Positions 38,595 to 49,995 of a DNA stretch of 64,000 nt are shown one piece after another (the stretch's first letter is position 1; each line of letters begins with the position of its first letter). A program made the translations under genes and the position numbers. The notes under the pieces were generated by a model. The model saw only the letters and a program-made list of their open reading frames with translations. It made no database searches and was not told the DNA's origin. The stretch covers positions 7,814,063 to 7,878,062 of the forward strand of contig CM082582.2 of the NCBI GenBank assembly GCA_040954595.2, given 5' to 3'. The DNA comes from Balanoglossus misakiensis (taxonomy: Eukaryota; Animalia; Hemichordata).

Positions 38595-41500
38595 CTAACC
38601 ATCAAAGCTTGAGCAGATCACATCCAGCTTGTCTTTCACTTCTGTGGATGGAAAAGGGGATGACAATTTTTCATGTAAATGTTCATTGTACAATTATAAT
38701 AAGTGGATATGAAGACGTGTTCTCAAAAGAGAATTAAAATGCAAACTCAGCTATTAGAGCTGGACTCGTGCCATATACACATGAGCATCATAACAAAGAC
38801 TTAATTTCTGGTTATCAAAATGTGTGTGTACACGTGTGCCTATATAGCTCGGCAAGAAATTGCCATACTAACCATACATACTGGATAAAACCCAAACCAA
38901 GAATGTCATAAGATTACATGACATCGAGACCCTATCAGGGTGCAATTATTAACCCTTTCAACTTGTTATTTTTTTTCAAAAAATAAAATAACTCTCACTT
39001 GCAACTCTTTTTCTCACATTTTTTCCATCAAGAACTGTCATTGATGGAAAATTTATTGATTGGATCATTGCTGTAATCATTGCAGGGTACTTAGTTATAC
39101 TTACCGGCAATCTGCGGTCTCATTAAACTGTCGAATGATCGGCACCTGTCAATAACTGTGCCAAACTCAGACAGTCGTTTGTCAGTGGTTCCATCCTTTT
39201 ATCGTTGACTAGACGATCCCAAATTTCAGAGTCAGACAAACCTGCAAGCCAAAGTGACACGTGGTCTATTAATTTTGGGGCGGGATTCTGCACAGCGTAA
39301 TTTGCATAAAGAACAGCTGAAGTTATATCACAACATGGACATATATCAATAGAAATTTATCGTACCTTCATAGGGTTTTCTTAGTGTAGCAATTTCCCAC
39401 ATTACAATGCCATATCTGTAAGAGAAAAGCAGAATTGAACTTACTCTTTTGCTATGTTTTAAAATGTGGCCTTGGATTCATTTATCAACAATATAAGTAG
39501 TAAGACATATATACAGCCTATTGAGAAATAGACCATTTGGCATTTTGGCTTGTAACATACCAGCAAATCAAAAATACAAAACAAACCACTGAAAAAAATA
39601 GCCAAACTTTACAGTTATTGTCCTTTTAACCTTTCATCCTCATTTCCCTGAAATGGATTATGATAAAACTGGTGGTTGAAAGGGTTACCTACAAGTAGAG
39701 TTTAAAGTAACGTCATTTCTAGTTTCAAGTGCAGAAATTCAGGTTTCCATGGATGGATATGAGTTGTTACAATCAGTCAATAAGCACATCACAGTCAATA
39801 GAGAGGCATTCAAAACATATCAACGACTTTATCCTTTTTGCGATTCTCAAATATCAGAATGATTATACTTACCCATATACTTCACTCCTGGCTTTGTACT
39901 CTGTATTGAGATCAATGAGATGTTCTGGTGCGATGTATGTGATTTGACTTTTTCTGATACTGCTTTCACGTTTAGCTGCTGACTGTTTGGTCAATGCAAA
40001 CCCGCAATCTGAAATCTGTTACGTGTACAATATATGACACATGGCTGTATAATTTTTAATGCATTAATATTCGCATACACGTCCAATGAACGACATTTTA
40101 TCTTGTTTTCATGGGCAAAAATTATAATTAAAAAGAACACTACATGTACTTCGTATATTGATCAAAATGTTTATTGATTACAGTCAAAAGTATGATCCTG
40201 AGACATAAACCATTGTGTATTCAAAAATGGGGGAGGGGTGCCGTCTTTTAAACAAAAACAAATTCAGTTGACCTCCTACCTTAACATGCAAGTCTGCATT
40301 CACCAGGAACTTCTCACTTCCAATATTTCTATGCAGCATTCCTGCATTGTGAATACGGAAGAGCCCACAAGCTCCTTCCCGTGCCATTCTCAGTCGGATC
40401 TTCCAGTCAAGCTTGTACTTCTTGTGATTGTCAAGCACATGCCTTAAACTTGTTTCTGACATGTACTCCATTACAAGGAGGTAATTATCTGTGGAGAGAT
40501 GGACCATGATATGGATGGGTATGATGGCAATCATTTCTTCATATGTGAACATATATTTATTCTTATTATAGATGTGCATATATTAATTTCCAATGCGATA
40601 CCACCATATCTGTTTCAGTGATTTATGACATATGTATGCTATGTATGCATGCCTGGGGAAGTCTAGGACAGAGAAATGAATGAACACATGCATCGGTCAC
40701 TTACCCTTTTCAGCACAAATTCCGAACAGTCTGATGACATTCATTGAGTCAAACGTCTTCATCTTCCTCGCCTCAGTTTGCAAATGTTTCAATAACTTTG
40801 CGTTGGACCCAATCCTGAAACGTACCGGTAATAGGACACTGTCAATTACAGCATACTTGCATCACAAATTTAACCAAATATGTGCTGATTGTATCCAGCT
40901 ATGTGCAGCCTATGTACAGTACCCTATGTGTACATAACTGAATGTTGCAACTGTATTTAGGGCTACAAAGAGCAATTGATAAATTGATTAATTTATGTAC
41001 CGGTATTTTTCATCACTCATCTGTTCGTCAATAATCAAATTTCCATTGTTGTTTTGCCTTAGTTTTGCACCCTAGCTGTTTTTTCAAGGGTCTTAGCTTC
41101 GTGACACATCTATAAGCCTTAAAGGCTTTATCGTGTGTATTTTATATAATGCAAAGGGCCAACCAATGAAAAAGCAAACCAGGACAGTGAATGTCAAGAG
41201 TTCTTACACACCCTTGTAATAAATTAAGGCAGGAGCAAGAAATGCATGGTCATCTTTACGTGATGAATATTAATAACCAAATTCAACAAACCTGTTTGGC
41301 AAATATTTCTTGACAGCTACAGTGTCTCCTGTTCTTTTGAATTCTGCCTTGTATACTGTCCCATACGTTCCTTCACCGATTTTGTCTAGAATGTTCAAGT
41401 CACAGCTTTCGATAACTCTGAGGTCTACAGTTGGGTTCGCCAAAATACTGCCTCGTTCTGTAAGCGTGAAAATTTTTTTAAAAAATCATTGCTCAACTGC

Positions 41501-42900
41501 GGGGTTATTGACAATGCAGAAAGTAAAAGATCATTTGATTCTGCTAACCTTTTTTTTGTCCTTTTACCTGCATATTGTGAAAGTATTATGTGTGTGTGTG
41601 AGGATATAGACAAACACTGTTGACAGCTTGGTGTCTAGACTTGAACTGAATACTGTATCACACCTACCTATAGCACTTTTGTTGTAATCCATTTCTTTGA
41701 CGATTTTTTCAACCCTGGCTACCACCTGTACCACCGTTTCAATTTTCTCATTCACATTTTCAAATCCAGTATGAAGTTCTTCTTCGATCTTCTTGTGATC
41801 TGTCGGTGAAAAAGATTTACATGCCAGTCTTTGTCACGTCTCTGTTGGTTCACCTATATTCATCACATAAATATCTAAGAAGCTATTTCTGTGAATTTAC
41901 TGTGTTACTACATTGTACTTCCAGGAAAATTGTTTCTCACACTTTAAAAGGAAGAAAAGTCCTGCTTTATCATCGCAATTGCTGATCAAAGTTATGTATA
42001 TCATATCCGTCTTTAATTGCTTTGTATAAAGGTATTCTGTGCACATTGAACCACTGTTACCATAACAAATTAAAATACTAGTATGTATAGCCTATCACAC
42101 ATTTTCAATGGGTGACAAACGCGAAAAAAAGTGCGCCACCACACTGTCATTCGCAGATGCAGACACGCCCATGAGACACGCCCTTGTGACTATGTAAATA
42201 ATACACGTAGGAGAAGTGACGCAAGACGGGGATATCTTTCATCGATTCTTGGTAAGAACTGAAGAGTTTCGAAAAGACCGGAACACGGTCATTCCAATAA
42301 AAAAAAAAAAAACGGGCGAGTGGTCGTGAAATGTGGAGCTGGCCTTGATTTAACTTCCCGCGAACCGGAACTTCGAAGTTGATCAACAATTTTTTGGAAT
42401 GTTCACAAACTTATTATCCTACCGTCTCTCATTTCGGTGATCAGCTTTTCGAATGTCTCCCAATCTGTTCTCTCGTCTTCCAGATCTTCTTTTATTTTTC
42501 TTGTTTGTTCAAACATTTCGTCGATTTTCTTTGTCGTGGCCACTTGCAGGCCGAGACACAAGGCGGGGACTAAGCTGTCGAGTCGCAAGTTGATGTCATT
42601 AAACCGGGACTTTATTTCATCTCTCTCCCACACCTTCAAGAAGCGATTGAGGTTCTTAAATTCTACGATGAACGCCTTGGAGGATTGGAGGCATGACAGG
42701 AGCTGAGTCAAAGCTTCCCGATACACTGTCATGTCTGCGTCGTCTAACTTCCGTGCTTGAGAGACCGGTTCGATCAAACTGTTGATCCTTTCCTTCAATC
42801 TCCGGCATCGCTTCTTGTTCGTCTTCACTTCCTCGATAATGTTGTAAATTTCGAAAGCGACGCCGATGACCGCTCCAATAATGTCACCGACCCCAGCCAT
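38595..42900 (-). CDS. MLKL: Mixed lineage kinase domain-like pseudokinase. Exons 42900-42423, 41799-41668, 41457-41292, 40814-40705, 40488-40280, 40015-39873, 39415-39366, 39241-39105, 38641-38595; 4-nt deletion in exon 8 gives a stop at 39125-39123 (468 aa instead of ~490)
   Basis: 4HB EEVKTNKKRCRRLKERI...FNDINLRLDSLVPALCLGLQV; brace EDLEDERTDWETFEKL; pseudokinase EARKMKTFDSMNVIRLFGIC, GACGLFRIH, LHRNIGSEKFLV, SEVYGYGIVMWEIAT. Matches vertebrate MLKL along its length. Confidence 0.9.
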
Positions 42901-43749
42901 CACTCCTTCCCTGAGTGTTTTACAAGTTTTAGACACCGTGCGTTCCCCTTCTAGTCCACGAACACTCAGTCTGAAGGCCGGGATCGGGGAACGCAGGGAA
43001 GGGGGGGGGGGGGGGGGGGGGCTCATAAATGCTGCCCTCAAGTGGCTACTAAATTGACCAATCAGAGAGCGGCATTCTGGAAATTAAACAATCCCATGTG
43101 TATTTAAATCAAAATAAGTTCAGCTTTAATCCATGTTCCATTATTAAACACAGTTCATAGGTTGAAATATTATGTTTTTAAAACATGGCACTGCATGATC
43201 TGTATTGTATTCACTGGAAAATCATACCATTGATTTTTTAAAACTAAAAAAAGCTGTGGCTTTGAGCTACATTGGATTTCACACATTCTACAAAGTATAC
43301 TATGACACAGGAAAAAGAAATGTTGGTGTTATATGTCCTTTCGGTCCTTTTTTTTCTTGTGTGAACATTGCATTTGACTACTATGCATTTGCCTTTTTTA
43401 AGTAGAAATTAATAAAAAGTTCGTATTTTCATAAATGCATGTTTATTAGGGCATTGCTTGACTAGAAAACTATTACATGTAATGTTTGCTAAACACACAG
43501 CTATATATAACAGGTGAGAACTGTATTCCATAAATGGCCTAATCTTGAGTAGCAGTATTCGTTCACACGAGACAGCGATATTGCAAATTTAACCCGCTGC
43601 CCCACCTTTTTTTCTTGTCACTGTCATTGCAGTATACGGTGGCGTTGCTTTTACAGTGTCCATGTTCAACCCCTTTAGGCTTTGTACCTTGTTCCGAAGA
43701 AAACTTCAGAATGACATCATAGGTCACCAGGGGGTCAGAGTGCAAAGGG

Positions 43750-46700
43750 TTAATCGTACGGTAGCTTAGCTGCAGTGTCGTAAAGCTTCACTTCACATAA
43801 CAAGTTGGCTAATTTCTCTCTCGTGGCGCCGCTGCTAGCTTCTTCTTTCCATGCGCGCAGCATCTGATAGTTCTGTTCTTTCAAAATTGAATAATCGTGA
43901 GCAAAGCCATCCAGCTGTCCGTCGCTGAACCCACACTTTCTTCCGAGCGGTCGGAATTGGTGTCCGATGTGAACACTGATCTTATCGATGTCATCGGTAG
44001 TCACTTGAGTTTGGGAGGCTAAAAAACAAAAAAAAAGAATGACATGAATCTGGATCTGCTGTTTGGCAACCAATTTGCACGTTAAATCTACAAGGCCACC
44101 CCACCAAAAACATTTCGTAGTTTTAGTACATGTATATGCAACAGTCAAAATTGATATCAATAGTAATGGTCTGACACAGCTTTCTGGAGGATGCCTTTGC
44201 ATTTTGCATCAACATCAATCGCCAGGACTTATGTACAAGGATCAGGAGTTAATTCATGAGTGTATAATCACAACAGCACAGTATGACCAGAATAATTCCT
44301 TACTTGTTATCTTTATCTTCCTTCTGGGTTCAGAGCTCCTTGAAGACGTTGTTGTTGTTGCTGTTGCTCCAGTGCCACTGGATTTACTTGATCTGCCCGA
44401 CGGTTGCACGTACATGACGTTTCTGTCACCAATTTGAACTCCTTTAGTATTACCACTGATATTTATAATGCTAGGTCCTCCATTGCCTTGATTTATAAAA
44501 GTAACAATAATAAAAATGAAACTTTTTATACCCAGTTTGGAAATGAATAAAGCGAGGCTGATTAGCCGTGGTTAGCTCCGGCACTTCCTTCAAAATGGCC
44601 GCCATGATTGGTATACATGTAAAACAATATTTATTCTGAAATCAATGTCCACGCCATCAAAATTTTTACCGTGTTTGATAATCGTTGTACCACCATGCGG
44701 TGGAGGCTGCATCCCATACCCAGGGTACATCTGTGGTGCTCCCTGCAATTACAAGTGTAGAACTTCTGTGATTAAAATAAGCTTTCTGATGGTTATATGT
44801 CGCTGCACATGTAAGCAAGTTGCTGGTGCCATATCTGTTCACACTTAAGAGTGCCAATTCGTCAAGGGCAGTCGTCGACACACGATATCACTAGTTTCTA
44901 CAATGTCCATCTAAAAGATGCTTGTGTGATACCAGTTTTCACTACAGATACTTACTGGATATGGCGCGTAGAATGGGGGCATCATGCCAGGTGGGTAATA
45001 GCCTGGTTGTTGCATATACTGGGGAACAGGAGGTATATGGCCAGTAATGCCTGTAGTGTGGATCATGGGACGAAATAATTCATTATCATGTAAAGGCGTG
45101 GTCACAATCAGTTTGAATATCTGTGCTTAAGCAAAAAAAAATCGTGAGTTGTATGAATGATATTCATGATGGTGTATGTTTTTACCATTTTTACCTAAAA
45201 TCACATCTGCTCTTTCAGTTAAGTTCTTGTTCAATTTTTACCACGAATAAGGGGAGCAAGTATCCAAAAAAATTAACCATATTTCTGTTTCTTTTGTTCT
45301 GCCTTGAAAAATATACTAATTATTCTGACTTGCGCGAAACTTGTTTCAAATTTTTTGATGTGAAACACCACACAGTTTACATTCCCTTATCTTACATGGA
45401 CCAAACATTTGAATTGTAGACATAGGGTCGACTAAGTATCGGTCAAAAAGCACTGTAGTATGTGGTCATGCAGCTTTACCTTGTGTGCTGTGGCTTGTAT
45501 TGCCACTGTCGCCCCTACCAGAAGCAGTACCAGCAGTTCCAGCCAGACCCTGGGGAGGAACCATGAGTGGGTGTTCACCAGGTTTGTGCGTCTCTTCAAA
45601 GGGCTGGGCTGAACTCTTCGCCTCACTCTCAGTAACATTCTCGGGTCTCTCCTGGCTGGTTGGACCTCGACTCGTCCCGTACGGGACTTTCACTTTGGTT
45701 TCACTGTCTCTGGTTGGTCTCGGCTGGGCTCCCGTGGTTATGGCTGTAAGTCAGCGAAAAAGCTATAGTTATGGCCAGATATGCAATCTCTTTCTTAATT
45801 AAAGGGCCACTATGTCACTTCTGCCGATTTTTTCAGTAGTTTTGTTTTTTGTGTGTGTTGGGGCTACTTTTTCTTGTTCTCCTCCCTATAGTATCACGAC
45901 ACACCCAGCTTTCTGCTCGTCAAGAGGTCATGTGTATCTGTACTGTCCACCATAATTGTTCGTAGATTTATTCAAGTCCAGACTTGAATACAATTTTTCA
46001 AACAATAACAATGTCAATTGTGCACATGTTGACATGGAAAAGTTGCCACTTACGAGGATGTTCGAAACTCTGATCGGCATCTTGGACAGTTTCGCTGGGC
46101 AGAGCTACAGAGACTGACGACACCGGTTGACTTTGCGAAGCCAGCGTGGTTCTGGCCATCTGCGCCGTGACATCACTTACGCTGGAATCAGTTTCTGCCT
46201 CTGGTTGACTTACAGATCTGCCTGCAGCTGTTTCAATTTGAGATCTTCCCTGAAAGTATTAATTAAAAAAAAGCGTGTTCGTTTTCCGAAATACAAACAT
46301 CTCCATTTCAAACTATTTAACAACTGTCTGAAGTGAACAAGCTGACTATTCTATCCTCCATATAATTAGATTCTGGTATATTGTCAAGAATGTTACACTG
46401 CAGTGGACATTCAGTTTTGAGTTTTGTTTGCCAACTGTTTGAATGCTAATCACCATTTTATTGTTACCGTGTCGGCCATATTACCAAACAAAATAAGCAC
46501 AGCACAAGTGATTCATGAAGACTACCATTTACGAGTAAATTTCGGCGTTTTGGAAGGAAGGTTGCATAACTACAACTTCATACTTGTCTCTAAACACCAG
46601 ACATGACAGCCACCGAACGTAACATTTGGCAGTTTCTTACCCGTTCTTGCTGTATGAGGTTTATAGTGGCCTTTGATAATGCATCCTCATGCTCTCTATC

Positions 46701-48924
46701 TCTCGTCCCTTCAGTGGTACTTTTCAGTTCTAGTCAAGTTAAAAAAAATGAGAACTTCATATACTTGACAGAAAGGCCTCTTTTTTCAGAAAATACCCCC
46801 TCATTTCCATGCCTAAATTTGTGTCCATCTCGCATCATAAAATTGCAAATACTCTTTTGATGGTCAATTTCTATTTTACTACTTGCATTACAATTACAAT
46901 TTTAAGGGGTAAAATAACAAATTTGCCTGGAACACACCTCCAAATGTTGGTCTCTCCTCCGGATTGTCCTCCCAGCATTTCCGCATCATAGTTTTCAGGA
47001 ACTCGGGACATTCAGATGGAATTGCTGATTCGGGCGGCCGTTGTGAATTTCGTATGCAACTGCTTATGTGGTCTGAGTCCCTTGCATCTGTTGGATGAAG
47101 ACATTTTGGATGGAAGCATTAGTTGGGCTGCCAGATATAATGACCTACAGTGGTAACCAAACTTTGAATCCTGTACACCTGGTGAAACACTTGAGACTTA
47201 TGTATTCTGCAGCAATTTCACCATGATGGAAGAGATGTGACATCTGACGAGTAACCTTAAACATCGCACCAACCACAATCTTGTGTGCAGGTGCCCAGCT
47301 GGTTTCCAGTGATTATTTCTACATTTAGTTTTTTGAAGTTAAACGGAACATGGAAAGCACTTACGTTCAAATGGAATTTTATTTGTGAAGATTTCCCATA
47401 GAGTGATTCCAAAACTGAAATGTATAAATACATGTATATATAATATACTTGACATTTTCAATGAAATGATTAGAGTGCACTGCTTGGTGGCTGGAGATAA
47501 TGATTTGGTGGCAAGATTCTCTTTCAGTATTTTTGAATTTCAAAATGGAGGCAATTATGCAAAGGTGACCTCCATTTCTATTGCTAAATTTAGGAGAGGC
47601 TAATCTAAAGTTGCCTTGATAAAAATTATGAGAAAAGCTGATTCTCTAGGTGCTTACTAACTTAAATGCAAAATCTGTGACTTATGGTGATTAAATACTA
47701 ACCTGAACACATCACAAGCATATGTTGGAACTGCATTTATATCACGTAGGGATTCTGGTGCAATGTGTGACATGGTACCACTGGGTCTTCCACCAGATGC
47801 TCTTGGACGTTTGGAGTATTTTTTTGAGATTCTCTTCCATGTTGCTAGTCCAAAATCACAAACCTGCATCAGGACATCACATTAGGTCTGTAAATGCCAA
47901 CATTCTATACAACCTGGCAGCCACATTGGATAATATCACCATGTTGCTCGACTGCTTGTATCTCTGTACAAGGTCTTGACATTGTGAAATAATGTCCACA
48001 AGCGTGAATAATGTTCAACAGAAAATGCCAACGTAACAGATTAACAGCCTTGTGTTTTTCTTGCATTTGGAATTTAATGTGAACTGTCAAATTAAAAATA
48101 TTCTTTGACTTGTTTGCAATATATGTTTCAACACTGAAATTTTAACTGAGTATGGGATAGTATTTGCATTAAAGTGGACACAAACCTTTGCAACAAATCC
48201 TGTTCCAATGAGGACATTTCCAATTTTCAAGTCTCTATGAACAATCTGCGCCTCAGTGTGAAGGTAGTTCATTCCCAGAATGATGCCGTAAATCATTTCT
48301 ATCCTCATGGCCCACGGGTTGTCAAAGTCACGCTGGAACTTCTCAAGAGAGCGATATTTCATGTATTCTAAAACCAGTGAATAATCTGCAGGTTCCATGA
48401 TGACACCATAGAGTGGGACAACATGTTTGAAATGAGCTTTAGCCATCTTCTCTGCTTCAGCATTCAGTAACTTCTCTTCACTGAAAAAGCCAAAACATAG
48501 ACAGCAGTTGTGTTAATTATTTCCAGTGTTAAAGGCCTTTTTCTCAATCCCAGGGCAGAACAATGAAGGCAAACAAGCAGACGTTTTTCCACTTGCTTTC
48601 TATTACTCTGTGCTGGATATACTAAAAGATTGGCAGCATTTTCTGCTTGCTTTGCCAACAACCTTACTTCGACCATCCACCATTTTGTTTCACATGAAAG
48701 CAAAGAACACAAATGTGACAAAACCAGCGTTATAACAATGCTGCATACCTTTCTGACAGCCTAGTCTGGGCAAATATCCGCTTTATAGCAACGTCACCCA
48801 AGTGTTTATGATGGCCTTCATAGACATTTCCAAACCCACCACTGTCTATAAAGCCCCTTTCTTCAATGTCCGCCTTTGGTATAATGGAATAAGTGCATGT
48901 ACTTGTCAACGGCTGGTGACTCAT
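43750..48924 (-). CDS. RIPK1: RIPK1-like kinase-RHIM-death domain protein, ~666 aa. Exons 48924-48749, 48480-48186, 47863-47703, 47414-47365, 47087-46938, 46729-46641, 46249-46054, 45743-45480, 45050-44956, 44742-44670, 44486-44304, 44018-43750
   Basis: FIDSGGFGNV, VAIK, HRDLKIGNVL, CDFGLATWKRISK, GTMSHIAPESLRDINAVPT; RHIM IINISGNTKGVQIGDRNVM; C-terminal DD (LKEQNYQMLRAWKEEASSGATREKLANLL). Exons sum to 2001 nt in frame. Confidence 0.88.
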
Positions 48925-49664
48925 GCTGGCTTAGTAGTATGCTGCAATTAAAATATCATTCGGTAACTCCAAATCTTACAGATACCACTTTACAGTAACC
49001 TTGGCCTGTTGGAATGTATCAGTAAGATGGTGGATAGTGACACAAGAGTGTTGCTGTTGAAAGACACACAAAAATACAACGCTACACATACACATGTATG
49101 TATCTATAAGTAATGCACATATTGATGTTACATTTTGTATTTCTTACATTGTTATTAATATGCACAAACATTCGTACATAAACATGTTCCTCCAACCATA
49201 CATACAATGTACATGCAGCCAAAAGTGTAATCATAATGGGAAAGTAGATGCTTATAGCTTGCTTGTGTGTGTATGTCTGTCATGTTGGAGTGTACCACTG
49301 TCACGTGACTGTCTCATCGTGGTGTGTAAAGTATGAGGCCCTGGTTTCTGAGTAAAACCATGGTGAGAGTTGTTTTTACACGGCGATCGCCTATGACACA
49401 TAAAAAGGACGACTTGTCATAGCAAAAACAATTCTCACGCGACTGTGGTATGACTCCATTGAAAAAAAAAACCATGAAGAGATCAACACTATGATTATGA
49501 ATATAATATGAGACCACTACTAAAAAATTATAAAAGGTTTGTTACTGGCGTACTTCACCGATGGCTAAGCTCGGATATGTAAGAACGCAACGGCCTCCTA
49601 TATATTATGCCTGTTTGCTAAGAAATAAACGGCACTCACCAGACCGAAATAATAGATTTTTGTT

Positions 49665-49735
49665 AGATTGAAACGAAACCTCCCTGTCTCCTCTTGGCAC
49701 TTCCCGAAGCGGAAGTTTAGTGGGGAAATCCCCTT
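49665..49735. promoter_or_regulatory. Candidate immune-responsive module in the divergent RIPK1-like/NUDCD1 promoter
   Basis: GAAACGAAACC (IRF/ISRE-like, 49670-49680), GCGGAAGT (ETS) and GGGGAAATCCCC (NF-kB-like, 49722-49733) within 65 bp. Motif match only. Confidence 0.45.
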
Positions 49736-49995
49736 TTGGGGATAAACCATTGTGTGAGAAGGGGTTCGGGTGTTGTACAGTCAAACGGAAACACGCTAAG
49801 AAGGGAATGCACAAATTTGACTAATTGGATCAAAGAAATTAAAGACAATAACAAGTTTCCCATATAACTTGGAAAAATGAAAATATACCAAAAGCTTGCT
49901 CGTGAAGATGACGTCCCCTCCAACCAATTTTACAGCCGACAGAGTGGAACGATCAGAGTCTGTACCGTACCCATACGCCATTGCGACTTTTAAAC

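Noticed and set aside
42901-43041. N-terminal extension of the MLKL ORF (MRAAFMSPPPPPPP...)
   Set aside because: Poly-Pro comes from a G/C homopolymer; 4HB homology starts at ATG 42900, and MLKL-type proteins need a free N-terminus.
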